This document shows positions 24,881 to 36,239 of a stretch of DNA of 64,000 nucleotides, piece after piece; the first letter of the stretch is position 1, and each line of letters begins with the position of its first letter. Source of the DNA: Massalongia carnosa (Eukaryota); assembly GCA_965645245.1 (NCBI GenBank), contig OZ287067.1:1426001-1490000 (forward strand), read 5' to 3'. Made by a program: the position numbers and the translations under genes. Below the pieces are notes generated by a model. That model was not told the DNA's origin and did not search any database. It saw only the letters and a program-made list of their open reading frames with translations.

Positions 24881-25923
24881 ATGACCATGGGCATTGGGCA
24901 AAGGGGGAGTAATTTAGGAAACGCGCTGGGTAGATGATTTACTATCCAGCTCTGATGAGGATGGTGGACGGACGACAGGAGTCTGATGCTCCATGTGGAT
25001 CGTGGATCTTGATAGATAAGTGTAAAGTCGCGTAGAACATCTCAGCTCAGCATTGGGGACTGTTGGAGGGATGAATCCGTTGGGGTCGGTAGATTGACGA
25101 CCGACCCATACTTACCTATCTACGGGAACGTGAGTAACTTTGAATCGGATGTGTATGTAGTATAGGTTTCCTCTATTCCACGATGAAAACCAGGCACATT
25201 CTTTTGCAAGTCAGGAGTCTCCAGATTCCCTTTTCTGCCCTACGGCTACGTTCCTCATGATCACCTAACTAGTCACTCTGCACAGGCCACTTTTATTGGG
25301 AGTTCTTGCGCCAGCGAGCAAGGGCAAGGCAGAATCGAAGGAAGGGAAGGAGGGGAGACTTTATTCCGCTTTGGATAACTGGAACACGAAGAGCTAACTA
25401 GGGGACTCGGAAAAGGGAAAGAAAGGTTTGGATTGGGTTGGTTTCAGAGAGGGAGAGGATGAGGATGAGGATGTTTGCGTTTATGTTTGCGTGGGGGGTT
25501 TGGTGGGTATGGTAAGAAGGATGTGGGGAATGGTGATAGGGGGACAAGAGGGGAAAAGGTGTGGTATGGGTTGGTGGGATGGGGTACTTGACGACATGAC
25601 AAAGGCAGCGAGGATGTCGGTTGTCCCTGTCATGTCGTGCCATTTACCTATTGTGTGCGGATACGGATGATGATGCCATGAGGATCCACCGTTATCCCCA
25701 CTCCCCACTCCACCTCCTATCGAGCGAAGGAGGACGAGGGAGGGATTTCTCAGCGTGGGTAGGTCAATAAATGCAATAAATGGGATTAGTCTCAAAAGCA
25801 GGGGTTTGTGGAGGTGTTGCGTGCTAACTTAATATGAACTAGTGAGTGGGCCTGCAGTTGCGCAACAAAAAGCTTCCGGCCCTGATTAGTTTAATTTCTC
25901 TTGTTCCCTTTGCTGACGGAAAT

Positions 25924-25980
25924 GATCGAAAAAAATCTCAAAATCTCAAAATCTCAAATCCTCAAATCCTCAAAACCTCC
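25924..25980 (+). repeat. Imperfect 8-bp tandem repeat (AAAATCTC/AAATCCTC), about 6 copies
   Basis: The sequence aaaatctcaaaatctcaaaatctcaaatcctcaaatcctcaaaacctc is directly visible. Confidence 0.85.
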
Positions 25981-28043
25981 AAGTGACTCACCTAAGCTAC
26001 CGCTCGGAGCCATCGAGAGTTCTGGGAAAGAGTGGAGAAGAATGCAATTACGGACTTGTGGTGGTGACTTTCCTTCCACCGTTAGACGAACGAACGAAAC
26101 ATGCAGCAACACGAACATGTGTGGGACAAGGGAAAAAAACCTCGATGCGTAACTTTTCGTCCTCATTTGTAGCTGCAGCTGCTCAATGAACATCGTGCAG
26201 CCACTAGGGACGGAAATCGCCTGGCGTCAAGCCCCGAAGGCATCAATTCATCGGGTTGTAACTGGCAAGCTTCAACGTTGCAAGCCGTTTGGGCTGGGGA
26301 ATTAGCTAGTGTGGCGATCGAGCGAGATCAAAGGTCCTTCAACCTGTCGTGTTGCGGGCTGGCGCGGGCTGCGACGAGACAGAACACGCCATCTGTGAGT
26401 ACGACGCATCATTGTACACGGTGGTATTTTGCAACTGGTGGAAGGAAACCAACGAGGATGGATGTAAGTACGTGAGACTGGCTCTGTGCGACTCAGCCCT
26501 GTAGTCAGGTGCGATGTTTCCATTCCCAGAATCCACTCCGCCTGCCTGTGGGTGCACAAAAATAAGATTTTGAGTTGTGCAAACGCTCATCTGAGATAGC
26601 GTGTGGTGCCAACCGTGTGGCTATCGCACACAGGGGCATTGATTTGTTAGGCGCTTCAATGCTTATCGTGGTAGCATGTGTGTGCCTTTATGAAACCCTG
26701 CAAGCCTCGCGTCGCCGAGGGAGCCACGAGACGAACTTCTCTTCCCGTCTCTGCGTGGAGCAAGGGAAGACGATTTCGATCTACGTTTCGCGCATCATGG
26801 GGAAATCAAGAAGAGGCAAAAGAATCTCTGTTGCTTCTCGGCAACGTTCCGTACATCGAAGGTGATCCCAAAGAGCTGGATGAGCTATGCTTTCTTTCCT
26901 GAGCCTTTTCTTGCCCCTTGTCTCATCAAATTACGGGATGCATCGTACACGTCCCTTCTCTTAACTTTCCTGAGCAGCAATTTGGTCACCGGAATCGTCG
27001 CCCTCCAAAGTTTAGGGAACTACTGTGTATGGATTATGCTTTTGGTGCCGTGCCTCGCATCTAGCCCCTAATGGCTAATCTGTTTTCCAGAAGCACGCCA
27101 GATCTTGTCATTTCAACCCATTGGACGCTGACAGAAGCAATTTACAAGTCTACCGGCCTCTTTTGAAGCGGGACCTGAGGGGCTCCTTGGGACGCTGATA
27201 TCGCGAGGTGACGCTGGTGGTTAGCTGGCTGAATTGGATCGATGGGTTCTGCAGTCCAGTGTACCGATAGAGTTATCTTACAGGCTTACTTATCCACCTT
27301 ACTCTTGAGAAACCACCTGTTTACAGGGGTATAGCATACGTCTACGGGTTCTCTGTAATGAGATTCAATATCGGGTACAGACAATATAGAGTACAGAGTG
27401 CTTCCGACCTACGGATAGAGTTAGGTACCAAGTCTCAAGTACCAAGTACAGCGATAGAATCCCGAGTCGAGCGCAGAATACCGAGTACCGAGTACTCCGT
27501 ACCTACTGCGTAACTCAGACATGTTAGTCAGGTCAGAAGCGCCCGCTAGCTGCCCTGCAAGCAGCAAATTAATCACCGTACCTTTTCACAGTCAGACCTA
27601 GTCCGAACTAGTCAGAACCCTACCGAAAATGGACAGGAAGCTAAATTACCGTCTGACCGTATCATTCGCTGCCCGTCTTTCCCTCTTTCCCTCTTTGGTC
27701 CGAACGAAACCCTTGCCGCACTCGCTGCTTTTACCCTCGCTGCTCCATGGAAGTGGAAAACGTGCAGCTCAACGTTCCACTTGGCAGGGGCCGGTTGGCC
27801 TGCGGAACCGGATGAATCTCTCTCCGCCCTTGCCAAATCCCCTCCCCGGGTCTTGGCGTATTGGACGCTTCACAGTCACAGATAACCCCTAACAAATCGG
27901 ATAATCGTCCTCCAACCGTCCTCTAATAGCGGCACTCCTTTTCTACCTGCACTGGGTTAACTAGGCACGGCTTTGCTGCAGCAGCGGATTCGCACCTCCC
28001 TCATTTCCCAGACTCTCAACCCCCAAAAAAGACTCTTTTCACC

Positions 28044-28103
28044 ATGTCACCACCACCCCTCTTCACGACAGCATCTCGTCGTCGCCTTCAAACCTTCTAC
28101 TGA
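28044..28103 (+). promoter_or_regulatory. Candidate upstream ORF (MSPPPLFTTASRRRLQTFY*) in the MSB2 leader
   Basis: The ATG sits in a strong CACC-ATG context just downstream of a CT-rich region, and is followed by about 1 kb almost free of ATG. Confidence 0.5.
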
Positions 28104-28914
28104 CTGCCAGCGGAGGTGCAGTTAGCTCGGGCGCAGGCAATCGCTTTGGATTCTTGGTTTGGACACCTTTATCGCCGGTTATAATATTAGACTCAACTTT
28201 CGCGACGTTGCGGTCGCTCACGCTCTTTTCAACAGCCTGCCAGGATTTCATCTTAACGTTCCTTTTACCATCTTCGTCGGTCGCGATAATCAGATTATTC
28301 ATATAATTTCCAATTCTTGCTGGACTCTGGAAGCCGATCGGACCGGGCTTTAACGACTTTCTGACGACTTACGCTGAACTTTCTCGGTGCCCACGGTCCC
28401 TTGCGTCAGTTCCAAGTTCTTCGAAAATCTCACGTCTTTGAAAAGATCTCTGTGAAGACATCAACGCTGGTAGGAAGATCGCAAAATTGGGCGTATTCTA
28501 GACTTCGTTGGACTGGATTCGCTTCGAGAGAGAGAGACACGCAGTTGGACGTTCTTTGTTGGTTTGTCGCATCACCACGTGCCTAGTCAAAGACACAATA
28601 CCTTTTGGCGCCACGAGTACATGGAGGAATAAGAAAGTGGCTTGGACTTGTTGACAAAGGACCGATACCCCTAAAACTCCTCTCGACGGCAACTGGTGGA
28701 CGGCAATCTATCGTCTGATACATTACCGATCCCGGTACGGCGAGCGTCTGACAACCACGGCATTGAGTATTGGTTCGGAGAAGTAGAAGCCATCATCTGG
28801 TGGAGTACGCATCTTGAGAGAGCGGCTTTTTGGTCGCTTCGCGTGCGGGTCTTCACAGTCCCTTCCACTCCTTTAAAATTCGATAATTTATCTAATATTT
28901 CATTTACTGGCAGC

Positions 28915-28983
28915 GTAAGTGAATCTCACTACCCTGCAAGATCTTGGGGGGAAGGGGGTTTTGGCTAACTGATGGAATTGTAG
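28915..28983 (+). other. 5' UTR intron of MSB2
   Basis: GTAAGT donor, GCTAAC branch point and TAG acceptor, 69 nt long, ending 175 nt upstream of the ATG. Confidence 0.75.
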
Positions 28984-29158
28984 TCACAATTCTTTACAAC
29001 TCGGTGTTGTCAATTTCACTCGTTTACACTTCATCCTGACAGTACGCTAAATTGCATAATCGCTTTGAGAATCGTCTAAAAGAACATAGATTTCGGTCAT
29101 TCGTTCGATTTCACCTTGGAGAGAGATATAGTTGGCTAGAAAACTTCCAAAAACCAAG

Positions 29159-32100
29159 ATGATTCGCCGATCCTCGATTGTGTTCGCCGCCACGATGGCG
29201 TTGCTGTCTACCTTTGAACCAACTCTTAGCTTTGCTGCTGCTGCCCCTGCGTATCCGGCCGACGTGGAGAGACCGAAATATTACTATCCAAAACATGTCA
29301 AACGGGCAGTGAAGCTGGGTACCGGACCGCAGATTACGCCAACTATAACGCCTTCTCCGATTTCAACGAAGGAGTCGACTCCACTCTCCCCTTCGTCAAC
29401 GTCACCCGCGAGATTGAGCGTTCCAGCGTTATCTTCGTCGCTTGAAACTTTGGTAAACCAATTAACGTCGTCCATTGTAGAAGGCCTTGGTATACCATCT
29501 GCTATGGCCCCTTCGCAGAGTTCCTCAACAAGGTCGGTCTCATCATCACCGACAACCAGCGAGAATTTGGAGGCATTGACTGCAAGGTTGGCATCATCGA
29601 GTGCTTCTGGGAGTGTTACTCCAGCACCAGCAGCTACGACGCCTTCTCCGTCTACATCATCAGCTGCTCCTTCGTCGCCGACAAAGTCAGATGTAAATTC
29701 GGAAGCTCTTCTCAACAAGCTGCCTTCGACAGGTGCTGCCGTCACCGTTACTCCATTACAACCCGCACCAACGCTCTCTAATAGTGCATTGTCCGCGAGT
29801 AGTTCATCATCCAAGCAGAAAGTGGAAAATGGAGAAGCTCCACTCAGAAGGCCACCGACATCCAGCAATTCGATACTAACCTCTCCATCTCCATCAGCGA
29901 CCTCCAACGCTGCCGGCATTGCAACCGGGCCGAGCTCTTCGTTGTCTTTGGGTAGCATGTCGACTAGCTCTGAGACTTCTCATTCTACCTTCACTTCGAC
30001 CGTTACTTTTACAGCGTCTGGGACACCGTCTGGAACTAAACCCGAGTCTACTCCGAGTCAAAGCCAGAGCAAAAGCTATATTTCATCAACCGGAACTCTC
30101 GCTTCTCTGGGCCTGGCCTCTGCTACTACTAGCCAAACACGGACGATAACGAGCCAGAATTTGTCCCAATCTTCCGAGTCTGGTTCACTCACATCAACTC
30201 CAAGCCAGGTTCCCACGACCCAGACGCCGTCTCAGTCTTCAACTTCAACCTCCAGTGAGAGACAGACTCAAGAAGAGAACGCTCTGTCTCACTCTTCTGG
30301 CTCAGGTGCTGTTACTCCAAGTCAGACCCGGGTATCGTCCACACGAACTGTGTCTCAATCTTCAACTCGCAACCCCACAACTCCTAGCGGGGGCGAGGCT
30401 CTAGGAATTAAATTTACTTCTGGATCTCCTGGTTCTGGTTCTGGTTCTGCGACCTCGACCCCGAGTTCATCTTCCATGAACCAGGCTGCGTCTCAGTCGT
30501 CAAATTCTATCCCAACCACTTTACCTGAGAGTGAGGGGTTGGGATTTAAACCTTTATCTGGATTTTCTGGGTCTATTTCCGGAACTTCAGCCAGGAGTGC
30601 CTTCTCCATAAGCCAGACAGCATCTCAATCTTCCGGTTCTGAACCGCCAACCTCGGCGTCGTTAAGCCAGAAAGGCACCGCTCCATCTATTTTGAGTAAA
30701 ATTTCTAGTGCAACCGGTGAAACGCCTTTGCCAAGTACTGAGCCTGGAATTGGATTTGTTCAGGGAAAGAAGCCGTCCTCTCAATCGACCGAATCTACAT
30801 TAGGCTCAGGTGAAAGTTCTACCGGGACGAGCGAAGCATTCTCGACCTCTTACTCGGCAACTTCAAGGTCTGTAGATTCAGAGAGCAAGACTTTATCTGC
30901 TTTAAGTAAAAGCTCCAGCGCGGCAAGCGAAACGCCTTTTCCAACATTTGAGCTCGGATTAGGGTTTGTCCAAGGAAAGAAAACTTTGTCTCAATCGACC
31001 GAAGGTTCATCCCTCTCAGGCGGAAGTTTTAGCAGGGGGAGCGAAACTCGATCTGCATCCTCGACATACTCTGCAAGTTCGAGCCCGAACCCAAGTCAGG
31101 AAACTAAGCTTCTCGTTGATTCGAGCCAGAGTGCCAGCTCAGCCAGCAAGACCCTGTCTCTAGGTGTTGATTTTGGATTTGCAGGGGTGAGCAAGACGCC
31201 GTCTCCAACCTTTGAGATCGAGTCTCCTTCGAATGGAACTCCGGCAAAGGGCAGGGCAACTACTTCGCAGGCTAGGTCTGATTCCGCTAGTCAACCTGAC
31301 GGAGCAAGCATTACAGCTTCCCCATCCAGCGAGCCTTTCTCGGATGGGGTCGCTGCACAGAGTAGCAAGAGGAGCCATCCCGATGCTGACTCCCAACCCC
31401 CCCAACCGACTAGCACTCGGCAGAGTTTCTCAGATGTCAGTACCTTGAAAGCAAATGTCATTCCGACGAGTACTCCGATACCCAATGCATCATCTAGGAT
31501 CACTTCCGTGTCAGTCGTTGCTGACGGTGCGTCAAAGTCTGCTACAACAGAATCGATCCCTGTGGAATCGTCGGGAGTTGGCGCAAGCGCTTCGGTTTCA
31601 ACTAATATTCCAGAAATGAGTAACACAAACACGCCATCGACATCAATTCTGCCTGTGCCTGGTTTCCTGGGTTCAATCTCGGCAGAGCTGAGTGCATCGA
31701 TCACGCCTAGTAACTCCAAAAAAAGTAGTATTGTTATACCGTCGACAATAAACGTCCCGGAAGCAGTTCCAACAGGATCTGCTTCATTACGAGCGAGTGT
31801 ATCTACTCCACCCGATACTCCTGTCAAGAGTACTACAGCTGTGTCGCCATCCATTCTACCCGAAACTAACCTAGGCTCCGGATCCGTGCAGACCCCTGCC
31901 AAAAGCGACATAACTGCACCGTTGAAGACTAATCTGCCTGCAGACTTTTCAAGATCTGACTCAGCGGGACCAAGTGCGTCCATTCAGATTGATAGTCCTG
32001 AGAAAAGCAACACGGCCTTGCCTAACTCGGGAGCTGCTTCAAGTGAACTAAGCACATCAATCGCGGGTGGTATTCCAAACAAAACAAGTGCAGGGGGTTC

Positions 32101-35100
32101 AACGGCGTCAGCTCCTGGTGAGCCAAGCCTCACTGAACCAGTTCCCTCCAAGACCGATGGCGCCGTGCCATTCAATCCAATATCGCCTGCGATAACGGGC
32201 TCGGTGGGGTCACAGTCTACGGCAAACTTGGCTGAAACTGGCCCTCTAACTACGGGTTCGGTCGTCACATCGCAGCCATTTTCGCCACAGTCAGCTGGAT
32301 CTCCGACAGCCTCACAAGCATTGAACGATGGCGCCTCTGAAACTGCTGCTCCCAAGGGAGACAACACGAAGCCCATACTTTCCGTCTCCGAGGGAAAATC
32401 TACCGGCTCGGCCATGGCGCCTCCCGCTAGTTCTATCCTTGCCAGTTTGCCAGGTGATCTGCCGGCGAGTGTAGGTCCTTCGAAAACAGATGCGTCTGAC
32501 AAGCCTGTTCAAACACTTTCTGGGACTGGTGAAACGACTCCTACCGTTGATTTGCTGAATAGCCCCATCCCCGCGACTTCTGCTGAATTAGCGAGTGCGT
32601 CTCCGGTGGTTGTTCCAAGCTCAGGAAGTGCTGGCCCTGCTCCTGCCTCGAATGATCAGGCAACTGCAACAAATTTAAACTCTCCAGCTTCAACCGGCGG
32701 TAAGCCTGCGGTAGTCATTCAGCCCAGCATATCTTTACCTTCAGACTCTGCAACCACTGCTGGAGCAGCGATCATATCTCCTGTGATTGCTCCAAGCCCG
32801 GGAAATGCTAATCCTTCTGCTGCCTCAAACAGTCTTCCAACTGCAACGAACTCGGATTCTCTAGCTTCAACCGGTGGCAAGCCTTCGATAGTGGTTCAGC
32901 CTAGTGCATCTTCACCTCCAGATTCTGCAACATCTACGGGCGGTGTGCCTGCGGCGGTCGTTTCGCCTCCGGGTACTCAAGGAGTTGCTGTACCAAGCTC
33001 TACCCAGCCGCCTGCGTCTTTGGCTGGCAGCATCACTTTTGGACCGGCAGGTATCTTCAGCACCAGCACCAACCCTAACCCCTCGGAGCCCGGCGTTCCA
33101 GCACCATCAGGCAAAATTGATTCGGCATCACCGAGCAACTCAGTTTCGGTTGAACTTCCGGGAATTGTGCTTTCATCCGGTCAACCGTCGGGCGTGCTAG
33201 CTAGCATTGGTTTACCTGCTCCCGTTGTTACTCCTCCAAGCGCCACCGCAACTGCGAGCGACGGCTCTGCCCCGAGCCTACAGGAAACCAAGGCGTCTTC
33301 TAGTGCTTATGATGCTTTGAACCCCGGATCAGGACAGCCGGCGGTGACCCCTACAAATGCTCCAAACTCTGCATCAGAAGTTCCCAAGGTAGTGCCGACA
33401 GACACAGTATCCGTTGCCTTAATATCTGCATCTCAACAGCTCGCGTTAACTACAAATGCTCCAAACTCTGCATCGGGAGTTCCCCAGGTAATTCCTACTG
33501 AAACAGCGCCTGGAGTTTCGATCTCTGTATCTCAACAGCCCGCGGTAACTCCTTCAAATGCTCCAACTTCTGCATCGGGAGTTCCCCAGGTACTTCCCAC
33601 TGAAACAGCGCCTGGAGTTTCGATCTCTGCGTCTGAGCAGCCGGCGGTGACCCCTTCAAATGCAGTAAACTCGGCATCCGGCGTTCCTAAGGTGGCGCCA
33701 ACAGACACGGCATCTGAGGCTTCGATCACTGGGACTGGGCAGCCGGTGGCGACTCCTTCAAATGTAGTAAACTCGGTATCCGGCGTTCCTAAGGTGGCGC
33801 CAACAGACACGGCATCTGAGGCTTCGATCACTGGAACTGGGCAGCCAGCGGTGACTCCTTCAAATGCAGTAAATTCGGCATCCGGCGTTCCTAAGGTGGC
33901 GCCAACAGACACGGCATCTGGGGCTTCGATCACTGGGACTGGGCAGCCAGCGGTGACTCCTTCAAATGCAGTAAATTCGGCATCCGGCGTTCCTAAGGTG
34001 GCGCCAACAGACACGGCATCTGGGGCTTCGATCACTGGGACTGGGCAGCCAGCAGCGAATCCTTCAAGTTCTGCTTATAATGCTTTAACCTCCGCTTTGG
34101 GGCCTTTTTCGCCACCCGCCTCTAACACAGGACTACCTCCAACAAACGCTCCAAAGGTATCAAGCGGTCTAGGCGGCGGGGTAACTGCAAGTGGGTCCAA
34201 TCAATCGCAGGGACCTGGTCAGACTTCAGTATCCTTGGGGACTTCTGGCGCGTCTGTTCCCTTAGCTGGCCCTTCGGACTCGGCTGCAGTTGTCAGCGGG
34301 CACTCGGGTTCTACTGCACCCGGAGGTTTAGTTGCCACTGCAACCGATGCTAGCCTAACTGCTCCTATATCTGCTACAACTGGTGGACCTTCCGCGAACG
34401 TGGCGTCCCCCTTGACATCGCACGTTGCAGGTCCTACCGCAACTGCCGGCACCGTCGAAACTCCACCCATCGCGATTTCTGCTTCTCCCTCAGAGAGCCC
34501 AGTTGTGGTTACGAATGGTGGGGCATCGGCCTCTAGGACAGATCGTGTCGTCCAACAAGCGACGGGTACTGATACTTTGACGGCGCAGACAATACCTTCC
34601 AGCATTGTGGCAGATCCCACAGCATCACAGCCGACTGCTTCAACAGACTTTGGACCCACTGGTATTCCATCAGATGTACCCCATATTATCGCGCCATCAT
34701 ATGGTGTCCCTACCGCACCTCCCAACACCACTTTGATTCAGATTGGCTTCCTCTATCCGCTCAACTATGCTTTTGTGCTTGCCAATCCTCTTTCTCAAAG
34801 GCAGATCTTCAAGTTCCTTCCTATGGGAATCGCGTATGGCCTCGACCTTCCAGTCACAAATGTTACGATGCAGACACTCCGAGCGTATGACACCAAGCAG
34901 GAACTGGGATTCATCACAACGTTGGCCATGGCTTACATCCCAGCGGATCAAGTGGACCTGCTGAACCTGGAGATTAGAACGGCGGGGAACAAGATTTACA
35001 ACAATCCTGACGATAGCGTGAGAACAATCATGTCTATGATAAATCCAGCAATTCCGATTCTTTCTAGCAACATGATAAATGGTGCCCCAACCACTGGAGG

Positions 35101-35533
35101 TGGGAATGCGGCTTCCCCATCATCTTCGGGATCGGTGCATGAAGGAGCACCAATTGGTGGCAACACCGAAAAGTCTGAGCCGATCCGAGGCACCTCAGTT
35201 GGTATTGCAGCGGGGGTTGTTTGTGGAGCAGCTGCGTATGGTGCTGCCATGTTCTTCGTCGCACGAAGGTACAGGAAACGAAAACAATCGCATCGTCGTT
35301 CCCCATCTATGTTGAATTCCCCGGTCATGTCTGGAATTGCTCAGGACTTCGTTGGTGGTGCGAATACGGCTCTGATGTCTGGAGGCCGAGGAGACGCCGA
35401 TCGAAGCGTGTCGCCCTTCAACGGAGGATATTACTATGGACGCGATAGTAGAGGCAGCGGTCGGAGCGGCAGCACAGGAAGGCAACAGATCAGTGCGCCT
35501 GTCATGGCGGAAAATTCGTTAGGGTGGAATTAA
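29159..35533 (+). CDS. MSB2: Signalling mucin Msb2/Hkr1 family (about 2124 aa)
   Basis: Has a signal peptide (MIRRSSIVFAATMALL...), a very long Ser/Thr/Pro region and an HMH domain (LIQIGFLYPLNY...QIFKFLPMGIAYGL). A TM segment (VGIAAGVVCGAAAYGAAMFFVA) is followed by RRYRKRK and the conserved tail ISAPVMAENSLGWN. The first true ATG is at 29159. Confidence 0.93.
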   Translation: MIRRSSIVFAATMALLSTFEPTLSFAAAAPAYPADVERPKYYYPKHVKRAVKLGTGPQITPTITPSPISTKESTPLSPSSTSPARLSVPALSSSLETLVNQLTSSIVEGLGIPSAMAPSQSSSTRSVSSSPTTSENLEALTARLASSSASGSVTPAPAATTPSPSTSSAAPSSPTKSDVNSEALLNKLPSTGAAVTVTPLQPAPTLSNSALSASSSSSKQKVENGEAPLRRPPTSSNSILTSPSPSATSNAAGIATGPSSSLSLGSMSTSSETSHSTFTSTVTFTASGTPSGTKPESTPSQSQSKSYISSTGTLASLGLASATTSQTRTITSQNLSQSSESGSLTSTPSQVPTTQTPSQSSTSTSSERQTQEENALSHSSGSGAVTPSQTRVSSTRTVSQSSTRNPTTPSGGEALGIKFTSGSPGSGSGSATSTPSSSSMNQAASQSSNSIPTTLPESEGLGFKPLSGFSGSISGTSARSAFSISQTASQSSGSEPPTSASLSQKGTAPSILSKISSATGETPLPSTEPGIGFVQGKKPSSQSTESTLGSGESSTGTSEAFSTSYSATSRSVDSESKTLSALSKSSSAASETPFPTFELGLGFVQGKKTLSQSTEGSSLSGGSFSRGSETRSASSTYSASSSPNPSQETKLLVDSSQSASSASKTLSLGVDFGFAGVSKTPSPTFEIESPSNGTPAKGRATTSQARSDSASQPDGASITASPSSEPFSDGVAAQSSKRSHPDADSQPPQPTSTRQSFSDVSTLKANVIPTSTPIPNASSRITSVSVVADGASKSATTESIPVESSGVGASASVSTNIPEMSNTNTPSTSILPVPGFLGSISAELSASITPSNSKKSSIVIPSTINVPEAVPTGSASLRASVSTPPDTPVKSTTAVSPSILPETNLGSGSVQTPAKSDITAPLKTNLPADFSRSDSAGPSASIQIDSPEKSNTALPNSGAASSELSTSIAGGIPNKTSAGGSTASAPGEPSLTEPVPSKTDGAVPFNPISPAITGSVGSQSTANLAETGPLTTGSVVTSQPFSPQSAGSPTASQALNDGASETAAPKGDNTKPILSVSEGKSTGSAMAPPASSILASLPGDLPASVGPSKTDASDKPVQTLSGTGETTPTVDLLNSPIPATSAELASASPVVVPSSGSAGPAPASNDQATATNLNSPASTGGKPAVVIQPSISLPSDSATTAGAAIISPVIAPSPGNANPSAASNSLPTATNSDSLASTGGKPSIVVQPSASSPPDSATSTGGVPAAVVSPPGTQGVAVPSSTQPPASLAGSITFGPAGIFSTSTNPNPSEPGVPAPSGKIDSASPSNSVSVELPGIVLSSGQPSGVLASIGLPAPVVTPPSATATASDGSAPSLQETKASSSAYDALNPGSGQPAVTPTNAPNSASEVPKVVPTDTVSVALISASQQLALTTNAPNSASGVPQVIPTETAPGVSISVSQQPAVTPSNAPTSASGVPQVLPTETAPGVSISASEQPAVTPSNAVNSASGVPKVAPTDTASEASITGTGQPVATPSNVVNSVSGVPKVAPTDTASEASITGTGQPAVTPSNAVNSASGVPKVAPTDTASGASITGTGQPAVTPSNAVNSASGVPKVAPTDTASGASITGTGQPAANPSSSAYNALTSALGPFSPPASNTGLPPTNAPKVSSGLGGGVTASGSNQSQGPGQTSVSLGTSGASVPLAGPSDSAAVVSGHSGSTAPGGLVATATDASLTAPISATTGGPSANVASPLTSHVAGPTATAGTVETPPIAISASPSESPVVVTNGGASASRTDRVVQQATGTDTLTAQTIPSSIVADPTASQPTASTDFGPTGIPSDVPHIIAPSYGVPTAPPNTTLIQIGFLYPLNYAFVLANPLSQRQIFKFLPMGIAYGLDLPVTNVTMQTLRAYDTKQELGFITTLAMAYIPADQVDLLNLEIRTAGNKIYNNPDDSVRTIMSMINPAIPILSSNMINGAPTTGGGNAASPSSSGSVHEGAPIGGNTEKSEPIRGTSVGIAAGVVCGAAAYGAAMFFVARRYRKRKQSHRRSPSMLNSPVMSGIAQDFVGGANTALMSGGRGDADRSVSPFNGGYYYGRDSRGSGRSGSTGRQQISAPVMAENSLGWN
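33335..34045 (+). repeat. Coding tandem repeat of 7 units, 102 nt (34 aa) each; one unit is 99 nt
   Basis: QPAVTPSNAVNSASGVPKVAPTDTASGASITGTG-type units. The last two units are essentially identical at the DNA level. Confidence 0.92.
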
Positions 35534-36239
35534 AAGGCCCAGGGTTGGGATCTGTACAGTACGTGGCGGCATCTACATAATCTAACCTGCTATCTATCCG
35601 TGTCACACTGGATTTTCCATGTGCTCCTCTCCGCCATGGACCTTGGAGGAACCATGGGCTATCTTATGCGAGTTTAGATGCTGGCGTTGCGACTTTACTT
35701 AATATGGGCGACGGTGGCCGGCTTGGCCGTCTTTTCTGACATATGCTCTTCTATTTCAAACCTTCTGGAGTCGGGCCTCATCTTATTGATTCAGTATTTG
35801 ATACCTAAGTTCCGGGGCTTCTATTTCTACCTTCTATCTTACCGCTTTCAGGATCTTTCCTGTGACCTTTTGCGCAAAAAGGGCGAAGCAAAGTTTTTCT
35901 ATGCGATATTCCCCCATCCCCGAAAGAAAATGGGGATCATCTTTCTTGACATGTCATCATCATCTCCTGGTTAGATTTTTTTGGGGGGAAGGGAGAAATT
36001 TGGTCTTAGGGGACGTGAGTGCTATGCGCGCTGCGATCGTCTGCTGAAAGTGCGTATGTATATATATGTGTGTCTCTGCTGCGTTTGCGTCCCGTTAAGA
36101 AGGGATGCCTCTTGTTTGGCTTCCAACAAAGCCGGTCTATTTTCCTTTGTGTGTTTCTGGGTCTTTTGTTGGTTGATCGGTAAGGTTCCCAAAAATCCCT
36201 TGGGGGCGAATGGAAAAGATATTTTAGATAGATGTAAGT

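Noticed and set aside
24900..27900. Short ORFs and a possible GTAAGT...TAG intron near 26464-26504
   Set aside because: No protein similarity or convincing exon chain; treated as MSB2 upstream regulatory DNA.
29284..34731. Long antisense ORFs inside MSB2 (and inside HOS3, CHS2 and the lactonase)
   Set aside because: These are shadow frames caused by the codon bias and low complexity of the real genes.
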